A stretch of 18,605 bases of DNA from positions 1 to 18,605 of the forward strand of contig JBNJGY010000042.1 of NCBI GenBank assembly GCA_051748045.1, in the 5' to 3' direction. The DNA is from Thermotogota bacterium (GTDB lineage: Bacteria; Thermotogota; Thermotogae; Petrotogales; Petrotogaceae). The notes beneath the pieces are model-generated. The model saw only the letters and a list, made by a program, of their open reading frames with translations, was not told where the DNA came from and did not search any database. Made by a program: the position numbers and the translations under genes. Below are positions 7,600 through 15,783 of this stretch, piece after piece. Numbering within the stretch: position 1 is the stretch's first letter; each line of letters begins with the position of its first letter.

Positions 7600-9381
7600 A
7601 TGTCTTTTCAACATTTTTCAAGAGACATAGACACTTTATTTTTAAAAAAACCTAAATATAACAAAACACAAAAGATAATCAAAGAATATCTCTATGGAAA
7701 TGAAAAAAACATAGACACAAAAGAAAGTATAAATATGTTTTTTAAAAGGTTAAAGAAAAAAGCTATTAAAGAATTCGAATTAATTGAAAATAATTATTCA
7801 TTTGATGATGATATAGATTCAAAAATAAAAAAAATTCAAGAAATATTTTTCCCTGAAAATCTTCTAGACTATGATAAAACAATAAAGTCTCTAAGAGAAA
7901 AAAGAAGAATAAATGCTAACAGATTGGATGAACCGATAATTAAAAATCCTTACAAAGAAATTCTATTAACAGCTAATGTATTGCTTACTATGCCTGAAAA
8001 GAAAGAAAATTTACCCTATGAATATAGAAGCAAGATTGATTTTGATGAAAATCAAAGGTATTGGTATGACCACCCTATACCTCTTGATGCTACAAAACAA
8101 GAAAATGAGATAATTTATGGGCTAAAAATGTTGAATAAATCTATTTCTATAGAAACAAATGAAAAGGTTACAATTGTTCTTTCAATAAGTTGTACTCATG
8201 ACTCTTTAAATATTATCGCTAAAAATTATTTAAGAAACATATTGAGAGATATTGAATTAGATCATTTAAAGGTTTATGTTTTTACCGAAGAAGATACAAA
8301 CAATATATTAGATTTAGTGGACGTCGATGAAATAAAAAAAGAAAAAATGAAAAATTTTATAGGAGTACAAGGAAAATACGGAAGACATTACAGTTTTTTA
8401 AAAGCTATTTCAGCTCTATGGGCTTATTATTTTGATTCAAATATCAAAGGCACTTTTAAAATTGATTTAGACCAGGTTTTTGATCAAAAAGCTCTTCAAA
8501 AATATACCGGACAATTTGCTTTTGATAACTTCAAAGATAAATTATGGGGCGCTGCTGGAATAGATGAAAATGGTGATGAAATAAGGCTTGGTATGATGGC
8601 TGGAGCATTGGTCAATGATGAAGATATTAAAAAATCTATTTTTGAGTCAGATGTTAAAAAGGAAGAAGATACAAATATTACATATGATAAATTTATTTTC
8701 AATTCGCAAAAACCTCAATATATATCAACAATAGCAGAGATGGGAACAAGATATAAAAAAAAGGACCATCCAATAATAAGGTACCATGTAACCGGTGGAA
8801 CAAACGGAATATTAGTAAATGATTTAATAAAATACAAACCTTTTACACCGAGTTTTATTGGAAGAGCAGAAGACCAAGCTTTTATCCTATCTGTTATTGA
8901 TAAAAAAGTACATGGTAAATATCTAAGATATTTTCATAATGATAAATTAATAATGAGGCATGACAAAAACAAAATAATTAAAAAGAACATAGACAAATCT
9001 AAAATATCAAATCTTGTAGGCGATTACGAGAGAATATTGATATTAAGTCATTACGTAGACGACATTTTAGATAATTATGAGTATATTAAAGAAGAATTAT
9101 TTCCATTTACAGGATGCTTTATAACAAAAATTCCTTATTTGACTCTTTATTTTAGGAGTTTACTAAAGATTTTTTCACTAGCTGAAGAAAATGAAAATGA
9201 TGCGAAACAATTCTTATTGGATTTATCAGAAAGATTAAATGAAACGATGTCAAAAATAGAAGACGGATATTTCAGAAGAGAATACAGAGAAGAAAAAAAT
9301 GTTTGGGAAGAATTCTATAATCATTTTGAAAATTACAAAAATGGTCATGAAAATTTCTTAGAAAAAATAAGAGTAAAATAA
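7600..9381 (+). CDS. Unannotated soluble protein, predicted GT-A-fold (glycosyltransferase/phosphorylase/mutase-like) enzyme
   Basis: Long ORF. AGGAG at 7586-7590 fits ATG 7600 (9-nt spacing) better than ATG 7591. Enzyme-like motifs: YWYDHPIP, GKYGRHYSFLKA, FKIDLDQ, HVTGGTNG, IGRAEDQA, MRHDK. The CDS itself is near certain; the fold is inference. Confidence 0.6.
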   Translation: MSFQHFSRDIDTLFLKKPKYNKTQKIIKEYLYGNEKNIDTKESINMFFKRLKKKAIKEFELIENNYSFDDDIDSKIKKIQEIFFPENLLDYDKTIKSLREKRRINANRLDEPIIKNPYKEILLTANVLLTMPEKKENLPYEYRSKIDFDENQRYWYDHPIPLDATKQENEIIYGLKMLNKSISIETNEKVTIVLSISCTHDSLNIIAKNYLRNILRDIELDHLKVYVFTEEDTNNILDLVDVDEIKKEKMKNFIGVQGKYGRHYSFLKAISALWAYYFDSNIKGTFKIDLDQVFDQKALQKYTGQFAFDNFKDKLWGAAGIDENGDEIRLGMMAGALVNDEDIKKSIFESDVKKEEDTNITYDKFIFNSQKPQYISTIAEMGTRYKKKDHPIIRYHVTGGTNGILVNDLIKYKPFTPSFIGRAEDQAFILSVIDKKVHGKYLRYFHNDKLIMRHDKNKIIKKNIDKSKISNLVGDYERILILSHYVDDILDNYEYIKEELFPFTGCFITKIPYLTLYFRSLLKIFSLAEENENDAKQFLLDLSERLNETMSKIEDGYFRREYREEKNVWEEFYNHFENYKNGHENFLEKIRVK

Positions 9382-9414
9382 CAAAACTCCCTTGAAAAAG
9401 GGAGTTTTGTTATT
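9377..9414. terminator. Bidirectional intrinsic terminator
   Basis: Perfect 17-bp inverted repeat AATAACAAAACTCCCTT-GAAA-AAGGGAGTTTTGTTATT between the convergent stops at 9381 and 9413, with U-tracts available on both strands. Confidence 0.92.
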
Positions 9415-10063
9415 AATGAAACATTAAAAGGCCTAAATCTTTGTTTTTAAAACAAGAAATAATTTTATGGGCATTTTTTAAATTTTCGGATTTACCAACA
9501 GCAATAGCTTTCATCCCCGCCGCTAAAGCTGCATCTATACCTGATTGTGAGTCTTCAAACACTACACAATCTTCATATTCTTCACCCATTTCATCTGCTG
9601 CTTTTGTAAATACTTGTGGATCTGGTTTTGCTTTTGTTATTTTCGTTCCATCTACTATCGAATCAAATTTGTCAATCAAATCTATTCTTTCCAATATGGT
9701 CTTAGCATTTTTTGATGCCGACCCTATGGCTATTTTTATTCCATTTTGTCTTAATAATTCAAGGAATCCTTCTACGCCTGGTAAAATCTCATCTTTTCCC
9801 ATTTTTGTTATATATTCTCTGTACCATTCATTTTTTTTAGTCGCCAGATCTTCTTTTTCTTTTTCTGAATATTTTTCTTTCAAATTCCCTATTTCTAACA
9901 ATATATCCAAAGACGTCATTCTGCTAACACCTTTTAATCTTTCATTGTCTTTTTCTGTAAAATCAAAACCCAACTCTTCTGCTAACCTTTTCCATGCTTT
10001 ATAATGATATTTTGCTGTATCAACAATAACACCATCCAAATCAAAAATACACGCTTCTATCAT
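9413..10063 (-). CDS. pgmB: Beta-phosphoglucomutase (HAD superfamily)
   Basis: FDLDGVIVDTAKYHYKAW, NERLKGVSR, SASKNA, KPDP and VFED are the beta-PGM signatures. RBS GAGGAGG. Confidence 0.93.
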   Translation of the reverse strand: MIEACIFDLDGVIVDTAKYHYKAWKRLAEELGFDFTEKDNERLKGVSRMTSLDILLEIGNLKEKYSEKEKEDLATKKNEWYREYITKMGKDEILPGVEGFLELLRQNGIKIAIGSASKNAKTILERIDLIDKFDSIVDGTKITKAKPDPQVFTKAADEMGEEYEDCVVFEDSQSGIDAALAAGMKAIAVGKSENLKNAHKIISCFKNKDLGLLMFH

Positions 10064-10127
10064 TTCATTTTCCTCCTCAAAATTTTATTCCATTTTCATT
10101 ATATAATATTAATTTTAAATAAATACT

Positions 10128-10157
10128 AAAAAAGCTCTAATATTTTATTAGAGCTTT
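10128..10157 (-). terminator. Intrinsic terminator after the acyltransferase/membrane-protein pair
   Basis: 12-bp inverted repeat AAAGCTCTAATA-TTT-TATTAGAGCTTT (10131-10157), 4 nt after the stop at 10162, ending in a T-run on the minus strand. It separates this pair from pgmB. Confidence 0.75.
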
Positions 10158-10161
10158 GTTT

Positions 10162-10896
10162 TTATGTATGAAATTTTCTTTTAATCTTTTCAAAAAAAAG
10201 TTTAATTTTTCTTTTGAAATTTTCTGTAGATTTATAATGCAACAAGATAAATAAAAAAGCTATTGGTATTAGTTGAAACAAAGTTATTAAAGACCAATTT
10301 AAATCTATTATAGAATAAACATTTAGTTCTATTATAAATTCCAATCCAATACTTAAAAAAGCCAAGAATATAAGAATATAAGCAATTGAATCAAGACCAA
10401 ACTTTCTTGTTTTTTTGAAAATAAAGAAAAAAACTTCTAATCCTATATATGTTATAAAAAGAATTGGAAGAGCTAGAGTAAAAGTAAAATCTAAACTACC
10501 ATCAAATATATCTAGTAAAAAATTCAAAGCCAATATATCTAAATGTATCGTTAACAATCCCCTATGAAATCCTCTAGATAGCCCCATTATAAAGTGTAAC
10601 ATGTATATTGTAGAAAAAAGAGGAGCAACAACATATTTACTCCAGGTTATAGCCCCAGTAAAAACAAAATCTTCTACCAATAAAATTATTGATAATATTA
10701 AAACCATAAATCTATAATAAGACATAAAAATCTTTCTCTTTCTTCTATATGATTTTGGGTATCTATTTATCTTATCGGGATATTTTTTGAATTCTTTTTT
10801 CTCTTTATAGTCAATGACAGGGATTCCAAAACCACATAAAGGACATTTTTTAACCCCGTTATCTACCTCGATTCCACATTTTGGACAATATGGCAT
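10162..10896 (-). CDS. Zn-ribbon plus multi-TM membrane protein (DUF6320-like)
   Basis: N-terminal MPYCPKCG...KKCPLCG (two CxxC), a basic linker, about six hydrophobic helices (ITWSKYVV, LNWS) and a basic C-terminus KRKFHT. RBS AGGAG; 4 nt after the upstream stop. The DUF number is from memory. Confidence 0.7.
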   Translation of the reverse strand: MPYCPKCGIEVDNGVKKCPLCGFGIPVIDYKEKKEFKKYPDKINRYPKSYRRKRKIFMSYYRFMVLILSIILLVEDFVFTGAITWSKYVVAPLFSTIYMLHFIMGLSRGFHRGLLTIHLDILALNFLLDIFDGSLDFTFTLALPILFITYIGLEVFFFIFKKTRKFGLDSIAYILIFLAFLSIGLEFIIELNVYSIIDLNWSLITLFQLIPIAFLFILLHYKSTENFKRKIKLFFEKIKRKFHT

Positions 10897-10900
10897 AAGA

Positions 10901-12160
10901 TCAACTCCTGTTATTTGTTTCTATTTTTGATTTTACTCCCATTTTCCTTAATTCTGTGAAAAATATTCTTTCTAAATCTTTCTCTTCTGTCAATTTTCCA
11001 AAAGTAATATATAATTTATCTTTATATGTCAAGGAGGCTACTTTTATTATATTCCCTTCACTTGGAGGAGGATACGCCTCTATTTTATCAATATATTCTT
11101 CAAGAGCACCTAATTTTATAATTCCTAAATTAGAAAATCCAGAAGTATAATTACTTTCTCCCCAAATATTATAAATGGTAGACATAGCAACATCTTTTAT
11201 TATCAGAGGGAAAAATTTTAACCAGTTATTAGTATTTCTAACGGATCGATTGATATATCTTGTAAGATATTCTTTTTCTTTCGCTTTTTCCATATATATT
11301 TTCACTTGTCTAATTATTTCAGTCAAAGAATACTCTGATTTTTCAAAATCAATATGTGGAGTAACACTAACAAAAAAATTCTTCATAGTTTTAGAACCAA
11401 AAACATTTCTTAGGTTAACAGGTGAATTTATATAAATTGGTTTTTTGGGTAATTCATTTTCAATTATAAAAATATATATTGAATATATATATAATGATGT
11501 TAAAAACTCTCCAACTTTTGAGTCATAAGTTTTAGCGAGTTTTTTAATTTCATAACTATCCAAAATCCCAGTCACTATGTTATATATACCTGGTTCTGTC
11601 TTTATAAAAGGCAGTTTAAAAGCATTCACAAATTTGATTCTTTTTCTATTAGATGCATCAAAATACTTTTCAAAACCATCTTCAAATTCTTTTTCATCTG
11701 GTATTTCATTTTTATAAAATAGCCCAGGTATTCTCGGAATGTTTTCTCCCTTTAAAGACAAGTATTCATAAACTAAAGAAAGAATAAAAACCATGGCTCC
11801 ATTTCCATCTGTCATTATATGGCTGAATTCAAAAGAAATTTTATTCTCAAAATACAATATTCTATAAAGATACATACCATCTTTGTTGTATTTTATATCC
11901 ATACAAGGATAAAAATTTTCTTCATCTATGATAGGTTTTCTATCTGTCTTTTCCAAATAATGCCAAAAAAAACCTTTTTTCAATAGAACATTGAAATAAG
12001 GAAATCTATCCTTTATATTATTTAAAGCATTTCTTAATAATTCCTTATCAACTCTTTCTTTCAAATATACACTAAGTCTAAAAATAGTAGTAGCTCTATC
12101 GTTCATGATAGATGAGTAAAGTTTACCAGCGTTATCCAATTTATACCAATTTTTTTTCAT
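10901..12160 (-). CDS. CoA-dependent acyltransferase (alcohol acetyltransferase / condensation-like, HxxxDG)
   Basis: Start moved to ATG 12160 (RBS GAGGGG; MKKNWYKLDNAGKLY). Catalytic HIMTDG at ~11804-11821, with RFPYF, KGFFWHY, PVNLR, KNFF and FSNLG motifs typical of the CAT/PapA5/ATF-like two-lobe fold. Confidence 0.82.
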   Translation of the reverse strand: MKKNWYKLDNAGKLYSSIMNDRATTIFRLSVYLKERVDKELLRNALNNIKDRFPYFNVLLKKGFFWHYLEKTDRKPIIDEENFYPCMDIKYNKDGMYLYRILYFENKISFEFSHIMTDGNGAMVFILSLVYEYLSLKGENIPRIPGLFYKNEIPDEKEFEDGFEKYFDASNRKRIKFVNAFKLPFIKTEPGIYNIVTGILDSYEIKKLAKTYDSKVGEFLTSLYIYSIYIFIIENELPKKPIYINSPVNLRNVFGSKTMKNFFVSVTPHIDFEKSEYSLTEIIRQVKIYMEKAKEKEYLTRYINRSVRNTNNWLKFFPLIIKDVAMSTIYNIWGESNYTSGFSNLGIIKLGALEEYIDKIEAYPPPSEGNIIKVASLTYKDKLYITFGKLTEEKDLERIFFTELRKMGVKSKIETNNRS

Positions 12161-12286
12161 ATATAACCCCTCTTCCAGTTTATACAATAGATTATATAAT
12201 AAACACTTCTTTTTATGAAATTACTAAAAATTATAGTACATAGATAAATTTTACACAATCTTATATAGAATTTTTCATTTGATCTC

Positions 12287-12315
12287 TTGAATTAAATTTA
12301 AAATAATTATATAAT
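12287..12315 (+). promoter_or_regulatory. Sigma70-type promoter of nox
   Basis: TTGAAT (12287-12292), 17-nt spacer, TATAAT (12310-12315); RBS AAGGAG before ATG 12389. Confidence 0.65.
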
Positions 12316-12388
12316 TTATATACGATAAATTTTATCTGTTTTATTTGTACTTTTTTTAACTAATTATATTTTAAGGAGTGATGAATAT

Positions 12389-13720
12389 ATGAAAATAGCT
12401 GTTATAGGATGTACTCATGCAGGCACAGCTGCAATTAAAAATGTAGTAAATTTATACCCCGATGCAGAGGTTAATGTCTATGAAAGAAATGATAATATAT
12501 CTTTTTTATCTTGCGGAATTGCCTTATATGTAGGCGGTGTAGTTAAAGATCCAAAAGGGTTGTTCTATTCATCTCCAGAAGAACTAGCAAAAGATGGAGT
12601 TAAAACCTATATGAAACATGATGTCATAGATGTTGATTTTGATAAAAAATTATTAAAAATCAAGAATCTAGATACAGAAGAAATAACACATAATAATTAT
12701 GACAAATTAATAATTACAACTGGTTCATGGCCTATAATTCCTAATATAAAAGGAATAGATTTAGAAAACATACAACTTTCCAAAAACTATAATCATTCAA
12801 ATAATATTATAAAAAAATCAAAATCAGCAGAAAATATTGTTGTAGTAGGAGCTGGATATATAGGGGTGGAATTAGCAGAAGCTTTTGAACAAATGAACAA
12901 AAATGTAACTCTTATTGATGCAGAAAAAACTATACTTCCAAAATATTTAGATAAAGAATTTACTGATATTGCTCAGAATACTATGGAAAACCATGGCATT
13001 AATCTTGCTTTGGGAGAAAAAGTTGAAAAATTTATAGGAAAAGACGGAAAAGTTTCAAAAGTAATAACAAACAAAGGGGAATATAAGGCGGATATGGTTA
13101 TCATGTCTGTAGGATTTAAGCCTAACACAGAATTATTTAAAGGGAAATTAGATACTCTAGACAATGGAGCTATAAAAATAGATAAATACATGAGAACAAG
13201 CAAAAAGGATGTTTTTTCTGCAGGTGATTGCTGTACAGTAATTTATAATCCTTTGAACAAACACCAATACATCCCTCTAGCCACTAATGCAATTAGGATG
13301 GGTACTTTAGTTGCAAGAAACTTAGTTGAAAAACGAACTAAATATATAGGCACACAAGGAACTTCTGGAATAAAGATATATGAGTATAACATAGCATCAA
13401 CAGGCCTAACTGAGGAAAGAGCAAAATCTGAAAAAATAGATGTAGAATCTATTTTAACGCAAGAAAATAATAGACCTGAATTTATGCCTTCTTATGATAA
13501 AATAACTATTAAATTAGTATATAATAAAACAAATAAGGAGATTTTAGGTGCACAAATAATGTCTAAAGGAGATTACACAGAATCAATTAACACCATATCT
13601 ATTGCTATACAAAATAAAATGACAGTTGATGAATTAGCTTTTACAGATTTTTTCTTCCAACCACATTTTAATAAGCCGTGGAATTACTTAAATAGTGTTG
13701 CTTTAAAAGCATTAAAATAA
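12389..13720 (+). CDS. nox: NADH oxidase, H2O-forming type (Nox/Npx FAD-dependent family)
   Basis: GCTHAG FAD-binding start, ISFLSCG with the single redox-active Cys, VVGAGYIG NADH-binding motif, AGDC, YIPLATNA and C-terminal DFFFQPHF. Confidence 0.9.
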   Translation: MKIAVIGCTHAGTAAIKNVVNLYPDAEVNVYERNDNISFLSCGIALYVGGVVKDPKGLFYSSPEELAKDGVKTYMKHDVIDVDFDKKLLKIKNLDTEEITHNNYDKLIITTGSWPIIPNIKGIDLENIQLSKNYNHSNNIIKKSKSAENIVVVGAGYIGVELAEAFEQMNKNVTLIDAEKTILPKYLDKEFTDIAQNTMENHGINLALGEKVEKFIGKDGKVSKVITNKGEYKADMVIMSVGFKPNTELFKGKLDTLDNGAIKIDKYMRTSKKDVFSAGDCCTVIYNPLNKHQYIPLATNAIRMGTLVARNLVEKRTKYIGTQGTSGIKIYEYNIASTGLTEERAKSEKIDVESILTQENNRPEFMPSYDKITIKLVYNKTNKEILGAQIMSKGDYTESINTISIAIQNKMTVDELAFTDFFFQPHFNKPWNYLNSVALKALK

Positions 13721-13730
13721 AAAATGAAAA

Positions 13731-13768
13731 AAGTAAAAGCTCTGTTTAACTAAACAGAGCTTTTACTT
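13731..13768 (+). terminator. Intrinsic terminator after nox
   Basis: Perfect 18-bp inverted repeat AAGTAAAAGCTCTGTTTA-AC-TAAACAGAGCTTTTACTT, 10 nt after the stop. Confidence 0.88.
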
Positions 13769-13791
13769 AATTATAATAAATTTGTTATAAT
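13762..13791 (+). promoter_or_regulatory. Candidate promoter for the hybrid kinase
   Basis: Extended -10 TGTTATAAT (13783-13791) with a weak -35 TTTACT (13762-13767) inside the terminator arm; RBS AGGAGG at 13808-13813. Confidence 0.55.
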
Positions 13792-13820
13792 ATATATAAA
13801 GGCATAAAGGAGGTAAAATT

Positions 13821-15677
13821 ATGGGAAAAGATATTTTCAATGATTTTAAAATGTTCAATTATATAAACGATGCTATATATATACATAAATTGAATACAAA
13901 TTCCAATATGCCTGGAAATTTTGTTTTCGTAAATGACGCTGCAATAGAAAAAATGGGATATTCTTATGAAGAATTTAAAAGACTAACACCCGCAGATATA
14001 GATGCCCCAAGAAATATAGATAATATTCCAGATATTATTAAAAGTCTGAAAGAAAATCAAACCCAAGTTTTTGAAACTAGACATATAACAAAGTCAGGTG
14101 AAAAAATAGATATAGAAATCTCTTCAAAACTAATAAAAATAGATAAACACTCTGAAGAGTATATTCTTTCTATTGCCAGGGATATAACAAAAAGAAAAAA
14201 ACTAGAAAACGATTTTTATAAATTCAAAAAGTTAGCAGATAAATCGACATCAGGAGTATGTTTCATAGATTTAGATGAAAATATAATATATATAAACGAA
14301 TTCATGGCAAAAATGCATGGTTATACTCCTGATGAATTAATAGGAGAGAAATGGAGAATACTTCATTTCGAAAGTTCTTATAGTAAATTAGATGAATTGA
14401 TTGATGATCTTTATAATTCTGGATATTTAGAATCTATAAAAATGCCTCATAAAAAGAAAAATGGTGAAACAGTTCCCGTCTTATCAAATGTTGTTTATTT
14501 AAAAACTGAGTTAGAAACTTTAATAGGGGTAACAACAACAGATCTTTCAAGTGAAGAAAAAATTATTAAAAACTTAATAGAAGCTAAGAATAAAGCAGTT
14601 GAAGCTAATAAGGCAAAAGAAATTTTTTTAGCAAATATGAACCACGAATTAAAAACACCTTTAACAGGAATGATAGGAACTTTATCTATTTTAAAGGAAA
14701 GTGAATGTACTGAAGAAAACAAAGAATTTTTTAATATGCTAGAAAAATCTGCTAATAGATTAAAAGAACTTGTTGATGAATTACTTTTATCCTCAGAAAT
14801 CAAGTTTGGTCATATAAAGAAACATTTCAATTGGATAAACCTTGAAAGCGTGTTTGAAGATTTAAAAGATAAATATGAACAAATGGCTTCATACAAAAAT
14901 ATTGAGTTAAAATCTTCAAAAGAAAATTTAAACATTGAAATAAAAACTGATTTAATAATGATTGAAGAGATAATAGAAAATATTTTAAAAAACGCTTTTA
15001 AATTTACTGAAAAAGGTTATGTTGAGTTTAGCATGAAGTTAGATAAAAGAATATTAGAAATTAAAGTAAAAGATACTGGTGTAGGTATTAAAAAAGAATA
15101 TATTGAAAATCTTTTCGATGAATTTTCACAACAGGATTTATCTTATACAAAAGAATTTGAAGGATTCGGTTTAGGTCTCTATATAACAAAAAAATATATC
15201 AACATGCTTAATGGTAAAATATCTGTAAACTCAGTCCCAAAGAAAGGTACTGAAATTTCTGTAAAAATTCCTGTTGAGACAAAAAACAAATTTGAAAAAT
15301 CTATTGATTTATCAAATAAAAAAGTCTTAATAACAGAAGATGACATAATAAACTTAGAAATAATGAAAAAATACCTAAGTGATGAAAAGATAAAAATAGA
15401 TACAGCTTTAGATGGAGAAGAAGCTTTAGAAAAATATTCAAAACAAGATTTTGACATTATTTTAATGGATATCCAACTAAAAAAAATTAATGGCTTGGAA
15501 GTAATAGAAAAAATAAGAGCCATTGACAACAAGATACCCATTCTCGCAATATCTGGTTTTACTAGACCTGAAGATAGGTTCAAATTTATTTTAGCTGGAG
15601 CGAATGATTTTCTTGGTAAACCGTACACAAAAAAAGAATTACTAGATTCTATAAAAAAACTAATAAACAAAGAGTGA
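13821..15677 (+). CDS. Cytoplasmic PAS-PAS hybrid sensor histidine kinase with receiver domain
   Basis: Two PAS repeats (FVNDAAIEKMGYSYEE...IARDIT; YINEFMAKMHGYTPDELIG), H-box FLANMNHELKTPL, N-box NILKNAFKFT, G1 DTGVGI, G2 GFGLGL, and receiver motifs ITEDD, LMDIQL, KP. No TM segments. Confidence 0.93.
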   Translation: MGKDIFNDFKMFNYINDAIYIHKLNTNSNMPGNFVFVNDAAIEKMGYSYEEFKRLTPADIDAPRNIDNIPDIIKSLKENQTQVFETRHITKSGEKIDIEISSKLIKIDKHSEEYILSIARDITKRKKLENDFYKFKKLADKSTSGVCFIDLDENIIYINEFMAKMHGYTPDELIGEKWRILHFESSYSKLDELIDDLYNSGYLESIKMPHKKKNGETVPVLSNVVYLKTELETLIGVTTTDLSSEEKIIKNLIEAKNKAVEANKAKEIFLANMNHELKTPLTGMIGTLSILKESECTEENKEFFNMLEKSANRLKELVDELLLSSEIKFGHIKKHFNWINLESVFEDLKDKYEQMASYKNIELKSSKENLNIEIKTDLIMIEEIIENILKNAFKFTEKGYVEFSMKLDKRILEIKVKDTGVGIKKEYIENLFDEFSQQDLSYTKEFEGFGLGLYITKKYINMLNGKISVNSVPKKGTEISVKIPVETKNKFEKSIDLSNKKVLITEDDIINLEIMKKYLSDEKIKIDTALDGEEALEKYSKQDFDIILMDIQLKKINGLEVIEKIRAIDNKIPILAISGFTRPEDRFKFILAGANDFLGKPYTKKELLDSIKKLINKE

Positions 15678-15723
15678 ACTCTAATATTTACATTTATTTA
15701 ACAATTAAACACTTTTATTCAAC

Positions 15724-15754
15724 TTGACATGTAGCATACTTAATTTTATATAAT
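15724..15754 (+). promoter_or_regulatory. Sigma70-type promoter of tldD-tldE
   Basis: Consensus TTGACA (15724-15729) with TATATA at 17 nt or consensus TATAAT (15749-15754) at 19 nt. Confidence 0.65.
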
Positions 15755-15783
15755 CAACCGTAAAATGGTTGATTATATTTTTT
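15748..15783 (+). terminator. Hairpin plus T-tract: terminator of the kinase gene or an operator at the tldD promoter
   Basis: 12-bp inverted repeat ATATAATCAACC-GTAAAAT-GGTTGATTATAT (15748-15778) running into TTTTTT. Confidence 0.5.

Noticed and set aside
9441-10004. 187 aa + strand ORF antisense to pgmB
   Set aside because: Shadow ORF fully overlapping a well-supported gene, rich in Ser/Phe/Ile as expected from reverse-complemented Glu/Lys/Asp codons, with no RBS or motifs.
10060-10068. Mini-ORF ATG AAA TGA overlapping the pgmB start (a similar ATG AAT ATA TGA precedes nox)
   Set aside because: The upstream ATG is too close to the RBS for efficient initiation; probably chance in an A-rich spacer.
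12241-12362. Possible Rex operators (TAGATAAATTTTACACAA at 12241-12258; TTGTACTTTTTTTAACTA at 12345-12362) upstream of nox
   Set aside because: Four or more mismatches to TTGTGAA-N4-TTCACAA in very AT-rich DNA; not distinguishable from chance by eye.
14495-15670. Minus-strand ORFs 14495-14803 and 15179-15670
   Set aside because: Antisense shadows of the hybrid kinase; composition is explained by the sense-strand codons.
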